Source: Octopus sinensis
Lineage: Eukaryota
DNA: 64,000 nucleotides
Direction: 5' to 3'
Assembly (NCBI RefSeq): GCF_006345805.1
Contig: NC_043015.1
Span: 29,946,001 to 30,010,000, forward strand
Shown here piece by piece: positions 27,831 through 40,800 of this stretch. Every line of letters begins with the position of its first letter. Positions within the stretch are counted from its first letter, which is position 1. The notes under the pieces are model-generated. The model was not told the origin of the DNA. It did no database searches and was given only the letters and a program-made list of their open reading frames with translations. The translations under genes were made by a program, and so were the position numbers.

Positions 27831-30800
27831 ACAATATATAAATTCAAGGAATCTGGCAGTACTCATAAAAAAAGCCCCTTAATGTATCATTGAACAAAAC
27901 AGAGAATATATAGTAATATGCAAGAAGAAAGGATAAAAATTATTTTGAGCCAAGAGACAATTTGTCACGATTATAGGAGTTTTGTAAAAAGTTCTGAGAG
28001 CTTTTCTCTCAAGAAAGATTGTTTGAAACATTGGATTTACCACTCCCCACTGCAAGTTCACTATTGCTCTTTTTGTTGATTTTATGTGTGTGTGTGTGTG
28101 TGTCTGCATGCATATATCATTCTCCAGCACATTCACAGCCAAAACATGTAAAAGAATGTGTGAGGGAGAGGGGGAGAGAGAGAGAGACAGACAGACAGAA
28201 AGTGAGGGAACTAAGTAGTGAAATCTAAGAGTTCTGATGATCCCACTTACCATCTTTGACTTCAGATTTTATCTCCCTTGACTTGTACTCTTTGCTCTCC
28301 TCCATCTTGTCCAGCTTGTCGTATTCATCATCGGTGGAAGTGTTGTCTTTCAGCTCCTCATTGGCATTCCTGGAAAGAGGGAGGGAAAACCAAAAACGTT
28401 AAAGTTGAACATAATACAGCCTGACGGGGAACGAAATACTATTCCACCACTCGAATTCAACAACCAAATTAAATTTTGTCAATATCTCAACTGGGAACAC
28501 TGCATTCCAAAGCTCGGACCCGAAATATAACAATATTTTGCTTTGGCAAAATTGAAAAACCATTGGTTGCCTTAATTTTGGGACACCCTCTGTGTGTGTA
28601 TGCGTAGGTAAAAAGAAATAACCGCACGGATGGGGATTTTATATTTTTATTAATGCATTGCAACATATGTTTTGGCAGATATATATATTTATAAAAAAAG
28701 AAGTTTGAAAATGCCACTATATAAGATAAATTTTAATTTTCTTAGAAATTTTACATGTTTCGGTTTTTCTTGAAAAAAACAAACCTTGTCAAAAATATTT
28801 TAAAAGTTAAGTGTAATAAAAAAGTTCATAATTGTTTCTTACTAGTCTCAACAGAGTCCACATGGTGGTATTTTGTGGGGAGGAAGCATAATAGCTGTCT
28901 TGTGTGTTCGAATAAAATTAAGGAAATTAACACATATATATATATGTTAATGGATGACAAAAGAAAAGGGGTTATGTGATCACCTTTATTAGCTTACAGC
29001 CGTTTCTGCTGTAAGAATCAACAGTAAGCTAATGGAGGCGATTATATAACCCCTTTTCTTTTATCGTTCATTAATTGATAGTACACTGTACTCTCCTGGC
29101 ATTTTCACTCTAAAGCATAAATATAATTGAGTTGTAACAATTGGTTATTAGTACCACTATGCCTAAGCAAAATCACAATACATACACACACACATAAAAT
29201 ACTTACAACATTTGTTTACGCGGTTTCTTGCGAGGTGAAGCTTCGACATTGTTTTGTAGATTAGGTAGAATTGAAGTGGACAGCAACGATGATGAAACAA
29301 CACCTGGAAGTCAAAGGTTTACAATATACGACTTCAGATGACAAATCAAAAAAATTCTTTAATGATTTTGATATGAAACTGCACAAGACCAACCCAAGAT
29401 CAACATTACAATCTCCGAATTCTAAAGCGATTTAAATTAAAACCTTCCATTGAAATATAGTGTTTACTATTTCTTTACTACCCACAAAGGGGCTAAACAC
29501 AGAGGGGACAAACGGATTAAGTAGATTATATCGACCCCAGTGCGTAACTGGTACTTATTTAATCGACCCCGAAAGGATGAAAGGCAAAGTCGACCTCGGC
29601 GAAATTTGAACTCAGAATGTAACCGCAGACGAAATACTGCTAAGCATTTCGCCCAGCGTGCTAACGATTCTACCAGCTCGCCGCCTTGTTTACTGTGTTC
29701 TAAACAATTGCTTAATAACAACAAAGCTACCATCAACATAATTACACCCACAAAGCTTGCATCTACCTGAAGCAGTGGTAATAGACACCTGCCCAACAAG
29801 CAATGTTGTGGAAACATGGAAACATTATGACTGTGAAACAAACTACTTTAACATTCACCAATCCTGTACATTTATAAACATAAACAATTAAAAGCCTTGT
29901 TACTATTAGTAGGAGTAATAAATTAATTAAGTGCACAATAGTACTTTATCGCATCCCTTTCCATCCAAGTTGAAATTTAGCTGACTTTCATCTGCCTAGG
30001 ACTGATAAAATACATACCCAAAATATACAGAACTTGATGAAATCAAATATAATCCTGCCCACTTTATAAACAGGATCAGTGTCTAGCTTGCAATCACTGG
30101 CAATAGCATTAGACAGGGACACAAAATGTGTTGTAATATTTCTTCTGGCTCTTGATGTTCTGAGTTCAAATTCCACAGAGGTGAACTCTTTTTACTCTCT
30201 TTTACTTGTTTCAGTCATTTGACTGCGGCCATGCTGGAGCACCGCCTTTAGTCGAGAAAATCGACCCCGGGACTTATTCTTTGTAAGCCCAGTACTTATT
30301 CTATCGGTCTCTTTTGCCGAACCGCTAAGTGACGGTGACATAAACACACCAGCATCGGTTGTCAAGCAATGCTAGAGGGACAAACACAGACACACAAACA
30401 TACACATACATATATACGACAGGCTTCTTTCAGTTTCCGTCTACCAAATCCACTCACAAGGCATTGGTCGGCCCGGGGGCTATAGCAGAAGACACTTGCC
30501 CAAGATGCCACGCAGTGGGACTAAACCCAGAACCATGTGGTTGGTTAGCAAGCTACTTACCACATTTCCAAAAGCAGCACTTTAGCAAACCTTAACAACA
30601 ACTAATGCAATAAAAAGCAGAGAAAGGGAGCTGTGGTAGAGAATAAATAAAAAAAAAGCATACATACCATTTTGTTCGTGGGTCTCCAAGCAGTCACTCT
30701 GGTTCCTGCAGTCCCCAATTGATGTTGGAGTAATGGTGCTTCCTGCTTCGGTAGATAAGGCAGTGTCTGTAGAACTCTGGCTATTGTCACTGCAATACAC

Positions 30801-33800
30801 CAAAGGGCTATAAAAATTAATGGTTTCTCTTAATTCTCGGGTTAAGGGAAATTTGGAAATCAATTGCATACATTCTATAATATATATATATATTTTAACA
30901 AAATTAATTTAACTAAGCAGGTATTAGAAGTTCTGTAAAGCATAAGGGAGAGAGTATTTGAAAAGAAGCAACTATTTGAATTCAATGAACCATAAAGAGA
31001 AAGATTTTGAAATCTATTATTTCATTAGCTGATAGGAATTGAAGTTAAGAGAAAAGATAGATTAGTAATTAGCTAAGCAGACTCATGCAGCTTTATCTGG
31101 GATTTGCTGAAGACCCAAAAGTTTTGGATTTTTAATTCTTTCCCAATATGCAAGGAAGCTGCTGAATTTAAGCATCAAAACAATAATCGCCATGGTAACA
31201 GTGAATGCAGCTCAATTCTGGTAATGCTGCATCATGTGGCAAACAGCTGTTCGATGCTACATGATCTTAACAAAATACATGGCAACAGAGCTAAGTAATA
31301 CAGTGTGGTTATAGTGCTGTACATAAACAGAGCTTGATTCATTGGTGTTATTTACACCCATACTCCATGCTTGCATGGGTGAGATGATTCAACAGGGATC
31401 AGCTACCCAAAGGGCTACGTCGATCTCCAGTGTCCGCTTTGGTAAGGTTTCTACAGTTCGATGCCCTAACACCAAAGTATACTGGGTGCTTTTGCTGTCA
31501 CCAATTATAGTGAGGTGACCAGGTAACTCACAAGACAACACACCTTGACAGAGTGGAGGTGACTTTGTGGCAGGTGTTGAGAGGCTGTATATCTATAAAG
31601 CCTAAACCTTGATCTATATCGCAGACTACAGTCCCACCAGACGTTCCGGTACTTATTCCTGACATAAAAGACCTTGTAGAACGTAATATTTAATGTAGGT
31701 GCAGGAGTGGCTGTGTGGTAAGTAGCTTGCTTACCAACCACATGGTTCCGGGTTCAGTCCCACTGCATGGCACCTTGGGCAAGTGTTTTCTACTATAGCC
31801 TCGGGCCGACCAAAGCCTTGTGAGTGGATTTGATAGACGGAAACTGAAAGAAGCCTGTCGTATATATGTGTGTCTGTCCCCCCCAACATCGCTTGACAAC
31901 CGATGCTGGTGTGTTTACGTCCCTGTAACTTAGCGGTTCAGCAATAGAGACCGATGGAATAAGTACTAGGCTTACAAAGAATAAGTCTTGGGGTTGATTT
32001 GCTTTACTAAAGGCGGTGCTCCAGCATGGCCACAGTCAAATGACTGAAACAAGTAAAAGAGTGGATTAAACTCAGTCCTCTCACTGCCACCAGTTGTTTG
32101 CCTGGCTGAGGCAGGATGTAAGGAACGACAAAGGCCTCAGTGGTTAACATGTCAGCATCTCAGCTAAACAGCCATCAGCTTGTATAATCCTTAATTCCAT
32201 CAGACACAGCACAGGCCATGTGACTTGTGTAAGGCAGTGAACACTGCCTGCTCCATTCCCTCGGACGACAAAGGAGTGGAAAATCCAAATGTTTGAAGGT
32301 ATTGCAAATACTTTCAAATCACCTTAATCAACTCAGAGAGAAGGAAATCAGAAAAAATATTTATTGGAATTTAAAATCTCAGAAGAGAACGATAATCAAA
32401 AGATTGGCTCAAATTTTGTCTAAAAGTGAAAATTAAGGAAGAAAAACTGAGACAGAAAGAATTACTCTCGAGTGGGATGAGGAGGAGGAGGGTTGAAACC
32501 ATTGATGTTAGTAGAGAATTAATTGTTAATTAAGGAGAGGGTGGTGGATGGGAAGGTGGAAATAAGTTTAGCTCGATTCAGTTACAGTAAAGAGGAAGTC
32601 TATAGTATTCTAATGTTAAAGGAGTTATTTTGTTTTTTCCTTTCACAAAGCAATCAACTTACCCAGCTGGAGTTTTCGGAGAACTTGTATTGGACTGAGG
32701 TATGGAATCTTGTCTTGGACTCTGAGTGATTTCAGTTGAGCTTGAAGAGTGTAATCCAAATGATTTCTTCACACTGACAGCAGCACTGAAATTTTTTAAA
32801 AAAAAGGACTAATTAGGCGATAGAATTTAGGCAAAATAAAACAAACGTTCAGTAACTTTTTCTCTGCTCATTATGTAAGTACAACTTGCTGACAGCAAGT
32901 GGTCGTTAGATAGACCACATACATCGTCAGCAATTAACATCTACTTTTCCATGATTGCTTGGGTCAGACAGAATTTATTGAGACAGGTTTCCTATGGCCA
33001 TATGTATTTCTTTACTGCCCACAAGGGGCTAAACACAGAGGGGACAAACAAGAACAGACAAAGGGATTAAGTCGATTACATCGACCCCAGTGCAAAACTG
33101 GTACTTTATTTATTGACCCCGAAAGGATAAAAGGCAAAGTCGACCTCGGTGGAATTTGAACTCGGGACGTAACGACAGATGAAATACCGCAAAGCATTTC
33201 GCCCGGCGTGCTAACGTTTCTGCTAGCTCGCCGCCTATGGCCATATGGCCTTCCTGTCACCAACCCATACCTGTTTCCCAGCAAGGTAATATTTTCTACG
33301 GCCAGATATGTTTTGAAGGAAGACTGGAAACAGACAACATAGCATGATGCTCGTTTACAATCATCACGCTGTCATGACAAGGGTACACACATACCACATG
33401 GTTAAGAAGTGAATTCCATATCCCAACTGGGTTCAGTCCCACTGCGTGGCACCTTGGGCAAATGTCTTCTACTATAGTCCAGAGCCGACCAAAGCCTTGT
33501 GAGTGAATTTGGTAGACGGAAACTGAAAGAAGCCTGTCGTATATACATGTGGATCTTTGTCCCACACCACCAATTGACAACCGGTTTAAGTGTGCTTATA
33601 TCCCCATAACTTAGTGGTTCAACATAAGAGATCAATACAATAAGTACCAGGCTTTACAAAAAAGTGCTAAAAATAAATCCTTGAAGACGGTGCTCCAGTA
33701 TGGCTGTGACAAAAGATAAAAGATACAACCATTCCAGCACATGTGCACAAGCTAATCCAAACAATGACTACTTCAGATGCTTCAATTCTCAAGATGAAAA

Positions 33801-36800
33801 TAATCACCTCACACTTCAAAAATATCCCTCTATACTCTCTTAGCATCTTTCTTTTATCCAAATCATCATCATTTAGCGTCCGCTTTCCATGCTAGCATGG
33901 GTTGGATGGTTCCACTGGGGTCTGGGAAGCCAGAAGGCTGCGCCAGGCCCAGTCTGATTTGACAATGTTTCTACGGCTGGATGCCCTTCCTAATGCCAAC
34001 CACTCCGAGAATGTAGTGGGTGCTTTTTACATGCCACCGGCACAGGTGCCAGATGAGGCTGGCAAACGACCACGATCGGATGGTGTTTTTTACGTGCCAC
34101 CGGCACAGGTGCCAGACGAGGCAGGCAAACGGCCACGATCGGACGGTGCTTTTTACGCGCCACCGGCACGGAGGCCAGTCGAGGCTGGCAACGGCTACGG
34201 ATGGTGCTTTTTACGTGCCACCAGCACAGAGGCCAGGCGGGGCAGCGTTGGCAACGGCCGCGTTCGGATGGTTCTCTTACGTTCCACCGGCACTGGTATC
34301 ACAGCTACAATTTCCATTGATGTTGATCGATTTCGATTTTGATTTTAAATATTAATTTATTCTCTTACATTGCATTCCCTTACATCTCTCTCCCTCACAC
34401 ATACATACACACAACAAAAGGTGGACTACAGTCATGCAAGCCAGTCCCAAAGTGACCCTTACTGCAAGCATCTTTTTCTTCAGTCTGCTATAGACACTAA
34501 AAGTGTGCAGCCCTCGAAAATAAAAGTAAGAAAAAATCAAAACGAAGCCTTACCCATCGTTGGGTCTCTTGCGAAGAATACTTGGTCTCGGTGAAGAATT
34601 GTTGATATTTGGAGTGTTAGTGTTATTGGGGAGACTACTAGGAGCCTGCTGTATGAGGGCAGCTCCACTCAAAATGCTGACAGGGGTTGGTGTTGAACAA
34701 CTCACAATCTCAGCTGTTGGAGTCACTAAAACATGAAGAAGAGAAAGAAAAAAAATGAAAACCCATTTACAGCTCAATTTGGAAATCTGAGAAATATTCA
34801 AGGACAGAAAATACTAAAAATATTACGAAACAAGAATAGTGATTCCACTTTGAAACATTTACTGCTGAAGGTGTTATTGGTTTAATTCAACTGGTTCAAC
34901 CCTATGGCTACCCAGACCGTTTTACCAAGATCACATTCTCCAATGTGGTCATTTTAAACTCTTGTTACCATATTTGGAAGGCACATGGCTTAGTAATCAT
35001 GATGTTGCACTCACGAGAGTAGCAAGGTTGTGGTTTCAAAGTTGTTTTAGCAGAGATATTCTATCCATGACCAGTTCATCAATTTAGGGGTGTGTTGGAC
35101 TCAACAAGATTTAAACTCTCCTTTATTTCAGACTAGCAGTATCGCCCGGCGTTGCTCGGGTTTGTAAGGGAAATAATTATATAAGCATTTTTAGAGATGT
35201 AAAGTATAATAGCCATCTCAATATGGCTAACCACAAAGGGGGAGGGGTGTTACTGTAGCTTTTTACGTTCTGAGATTTAATAATAAATTTTAGAGAGTTA
35301 CTTCCCTTATATATGTCAAAAATGGATTAAAAATGGGGAAAATTGATGGTAAATTTTTTTTTAAATCGTAGACTCATCGTAGACGTGTGCTAATACCCAG
35401 ACGGTCTCGATATGAATCACGACTATAAGATACCCGGTTTTGGTTAAACTGCACCGCAAAATGTGGGAGTAGTTAGGCATCTAAATCGTAGGAGACAGAC
35501 ACACAACCTCACTTTTATATATAAAGATTTCCTCTAGTTACATAATATTGAGGTCTCTTTCTTTCTTTTGTTATCTTACTGTTTTTACCAATATACATAT
35601 ATATATATATAAATATATATAGTTACAGAGATGTACTTGCATAGCAAGTGACTTGATCTGAGATCGTGTGCTGGAACGAAAACAGTTGCAGCGTTGAAGG
35701 TGTTTATAAGCCATTTAAGAAACACACAAAAACCGTTAGATTCACTTCAACATTTAAATTTAATTTGTCAAAATATTTTCGTCGCTTTGAGACCGCGACC
35801 TGTTAGCACGATATTTTTGTCAGTGAACAGGTCGCGGTCTCAAGCGACGAAAATATTTTGGCAAATTAAATTTAAATGTTGAAGTGAATGTAACGGTTTT
35901 TGTGTGTTTCTTAAATGGCTTACAAACACCTTCCACGCTGCAATATATATATACACACATATATATATATGTATGTATGTATGTATGTGTGTATATGTGT
36001 CTGCATGTATGTGTGTGTGTGTGTGCGTGTCTGTGCTTGTGATTGTCCTCCACCACTGCTTGACAACGAATGTTGGTTTGTTTACATCCCTGTCACCTAG
36101 TGGTTTGACAAAGGAAACAGATAGAATAAGTACAATGCTTAAAAAAATAAAACTGGAGTTGATTCATTAAACTACAATTCTTCAAGGCATTGCCCCAGCA
36201 TGGCCACAGACCAATGGCTGGAAAAAGCAGAAGAATAAAAGAATACATTCTCTGCTTTGGTCTTATGTTCAAGGCATGAGAAAGCTTGAGTTTACATGAG
36301 AAGGCCTAACAGACCTGGTAGAAACAGCAGCCAAATCTCCCTCAAATCACACCTTACTGTCTTATGTATGTATATATATATGAGCCAATGAGGGGGACCT
36401 CTACATGGTAGCTAGACCTGGTAGAAATAGCAGCCAAATTTCCCCCAAATCACACCTTACTGTCTTATCTATGTATATATGTATGTATGAGCCTATGAGG
36501 GAGACCCCTACATGGCAGCTAGACATGGTAGAAATAGCAGCCAAATCTCCCTCAAATCACACCTTACTGTCTTATCTTTCTGCTACTTGGATATAGGTGT
36601 TATATTCATTGTAAAAAACTTTCCTGTCACACACTCACGCACACGCACACACGCACCCTCACAGACACACACGCGCGCACACGCACACACACACACACAC
36701 GCACGTTAGCTTACAATTTTATTTATATATTTGCGTGTCTATGTGTTGAAAGAGGAAGTGGGAGGCAGAGTGAAAGAATCACTCACTACAGTAAGTGAAT

Positions 36801-37782
36801 TACTTTCATTTTATTCCTTGCCCACTGTGTGTGTGCGTTTGCGTGTGGTGTAAACCAGACTAAGAAAAGCATTTGACACACACACCAGAATGTGAGTTTT
36901 CTGTAAATTTTGCTTAATTGGAGTTTAAATTTTAAAAACTGGACCTGGCATGACGCGATGCATTGTACTCTTAAAAATGCTAGGTAAATTGTAATTGAAG
37001 AAATCCTATATTGTAGATTTGTATAACTCCCAAAGGGAGGCAGATAAAATCTGCCTTTTATAATAAGAGATGGGAGGGTCCAATCTGAGGAAGATTTCTT
37101 GTAGATAGAGTGTAGAAGCTGCCTTGGCTCACTGGTGATGGTCGTGACTTTGTTTGCCACAATGATGGAGTTGTTACCAAAGAGCAAAGCCAGTTGGTCC
37201 AGCAGTTCTATGACCAAAGAAAGACATTTCAGATATAACCCTTACAATTCTTTTCTATGTACCCAAACTACATTCTATAATGAGTCGTTCCTTTCTAAAA
37301 AGGTAGAGTGTGATTTAAAGGAGACTTGGCCACTATTTCTAGCAGACAGGCTAGCTCAACAGAAAATCGTTCCACTTGAAGGTGGCAATGATGACAACGA
37401 TGGTGGTGGTGGTGGTTAAAACAAAAAAGAAAAAAAAGAAAAAAAGAAAAAGACAAACTCACTTTCTTGTGTGGCCGTCACTACAGGAGTGGTGGTGTTT
37501 GCTGTCATTGTGGTGCTGACAGCCTGTGCTGGAGTGTATTGAGACGTCACAGGAAAGGAACCCCGCAGGGGATCGACAGCGACTAGCATAGAGTTAACTG
37601 TGTTGACATGCATAGCAGAGGTGTTCTGAGCCAGGTTCATACAGTGACCGCCAGCTGTCGGTAGTGTGGTAGAGTAGTTAGCAGTATTACTTGATACTAA
37701 ATAATAAAATAACAACAGTAATAATAATAATGATGCAGACATACAGGCACAAAGCCACAACATTTTTTTAGTCTAGGTGTTA

Positions 37783-37823
<41 letters not shown>

Positions 37824-40800
37824 GCCAAAATGTCTGTCTGTGTGTGTGTATCCTTTATACAAATCCACAATTTTTCAGTTAAAGGGCTCCCACTTTCTAT
37901 GGTCATTCAAAACTGTCCAAGGGTGGTCGTGCACATCTTTACATTTCCCCAGTCACCCCGCAAAGCCATTAAAATATCAATAGAAGTGACTTTTTTGTGA
38001 ATTTTCTATCCAAAGCCCAATCAAAATGCCCGAAACTTGATACGCCAATTGAATGCCAGCTAGCTGTATGTGTCTGGTCGGAGATTTGGAGAGTACTCGC
38101 GTGTATGTGCGCACACATGCAGCTGTATATGCATGCACTAGCACTATGACCCGGTGTTGTCGGGTCATAGTGCTAGTGTCAATTAAATTGCACTTTTCTT
38201 ATATAGAAAGGAAAGCAGTGTCCATGCTTCTTTCAGGACCTCCAAGAAATAAGGAAGGAGGAAAAAATGTGTAATTGGAAACCTGGCCTGAATGTATACA
38301 ACAGAGTGGACACTGCTAAGAGCATGCAAGGTGTCATGTCCTGATGTTAAATGGGACAACAGATAAAGTCTACCACCCATGTAAGCCATAGTGGGATTTG
38401 AACTCAGAATGCAAAGAGCTGGAACAAATACTGCAACGCATTCTGTCTGATGTTCTTTGAGTTGTGCCAATATACCACACTGAATCAAGTAAGGTTTGGT
38501 GGAAGATTTTTATTCAAAACTTATGAAAATAAGAGATTTGTACCCAGAGCCGGTTTCAGCTGGGTTGGTAATGAAAGGGTTAAGCTGCCCCTATATACAT
38601 ACTGGAATACTATTTACACATCTAAGGTGCTACAACTTCAACACACACATACATACATACATACATATTATCTGTGAATACATAATATCATTGCAATTTA
38701 TGGACACGTCCTGCTGAATCAAGTAATAGAAAACACATCAACCCAGGTATCAAATAGCAAATACAAGTTTGTTTCCCCATCCAGGAATGCTCTTTCACAT
38801 GTGTTAAATCCATCCACTTCTATACATTGGTTAGAAGAGAGGAGTCAACTGATGTCCATGATTAACTCTTTAGCATTCAGATTACTGTCAAATATAATCC
38901 TTATTCATTCACAAGGTTTTAAAATTAATCCTGTATTATCTTGAGCTTGAAGATTTTTGAATGATGTGATTGTTTAGGTTAGAATGGCATGGTAGGGTAG
39001 GTGTGAGACACCAGATCTGGCTGGCTTAACCCTTTAGCATTTAAACCGCCCATATCCGGCCAAAAGTATTCTGCCTGTTTTATGTCCAAACTGGCCATAT
39101 CTGGTCTCTCACACCAACCCTACAATATCGTTTTAAAAATTAACAGCTACCTCATCAAAATCTCATAGCTACAAGATAATGCATGATTAGTTCAAAACAA
39201 TGTGGATAAAAAAGGATTAATTTTGGTATAATAATGCGAACACTAAAGGGTTAAACATGAAACAAGTTGAATATTTGCTCCGGTTATGGCCGGTTTAGAT
39301 GCTAAAGAAGTAAAAATAATAATAATCGGAAAGCAAAAGAGAAAAAACTTACTAATACTCGGCCGAACAGTGGCATGAGACATGGGATAAACAGGGTAAG
39401 ACATCTTGTAAATCAACTCTGGTTGCATATACTGCTGCATGTGTGGTACAACTGTGGCACGGCTGTCAAAAGAAACAAACAAAATCAACACAATTCATAT
39501 AATGTTATGAATCAGCACATAAAAGGTTGGCAACAAGAAGCACATCCAGCCACAGAAGTTCTGTCGAACTCATGTCAACACAGAAAAATGGAAGTAAAGC
39601 AAAATGACCACATACACACAAATCTTTTCTAATATTATTTAATCCTCTAGTATTTGGATTACTGTCAAATGTAACAGTCATTCATTCAGATTGTTTTTAA
39701 ATTAATCCTGCATTATCTAGTAGATTTGAGATTTTGATGAACGTGGATGATGCCAGCGCCACCTTGACTTGCTTCTGTGCTGGTGGCATGTGACCGGCTG
39801 TGCTTGAATTTAAAAATTCTAAAACTTATGTCAGGAGAAACACTAGCTAATTCAGCATTTTGATTTTAACAGGTTACTGTGTAATTTAATAAAAAAAAAT
39901 CTCAAGTATTTCGAAAATTCACAATACTATTGAGTCAAGTACATCAACATCAAAATAAATATCAAATGAAAATTGTAGTTGTGATACCTGTGCCGGTGGC
40001 ACGTAAAAAGCACCAACCGATCGTGGCCGCTGCCAGCCTCCCCTGGCACCTGTGCTGGTGGCACGTAAAAAGCACCCACTACACTCACGGAGTGGTTGGC
40101 GTTAGGAAGGGCATCCAGCTGTAGAAACACTGCCAGATCAGACTGGAGCCTGGTGCAGCCTTCTGGCTTCCCAGATCCCCGGTCGAACCGTCCAACCCAT
40201 GCTAGCATAGAAAGTGGATGTTAAATGATGATGATTGTATATTTTTTTGAATGACATTGTAGGGTAGGTGTGAGAAGCCAGATTTGGCTGGTTTGAGTAT
40301 AAAACAAGGATATTTGGACCAGATATGGCCGGTTTAAATGCCAAAGGGTTAAAAAAAAAAACCCACTTACCCTTCTTGTCTGTTGTCAGTGTGTGTAACA
40401 GTAGGGTTGCCACTTGATATAGTGGTGGCCAAAGAAGTACAACCTGCTGATGCTCTTGGGGCCTGGGCAGGGATGAAGTAGTTGTTGGTGGCAGCAGTCT
40501 GGGTTGGTTGACCATGACTTTGGCTATCAGATCGCGTTTCCTGGTTTATGGGGTGCACGGCTGCTGCAGCTGCCGCCGCTGCAGCCTGCGTGATGTGTGA
40601 TGACGCTTGTTGACGCTGTGGGGTCACTTTGGCTGAAGGGGAAAACAAATACATTTTTAGACATTCCAAGAAATCAAATACTCGTAACATACACACAATA
40701 ATAAGATCAACCGTGTCACAGTTCAACTATGGCAGTTGACCTACAATACAGAGGTCAACAAACAGATTTTCCAGAAGACTGAACCTTTTGTGCATGAGCA

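Noticed and set aside
29700-29835. Possible exon after TTTCACAG acceptor at ~29832
   Set aside because: The compatible frame hits TAG, and exons 13 and 14 join correctly without it
36786-37217. 143-aa minus-strand ORF near coding exon 11 as an extra exon
   Set aside because: An acceptor exists near 37208 but I found no convincing donor, the composition is unlike SAP130, and flanking exons already join in frame
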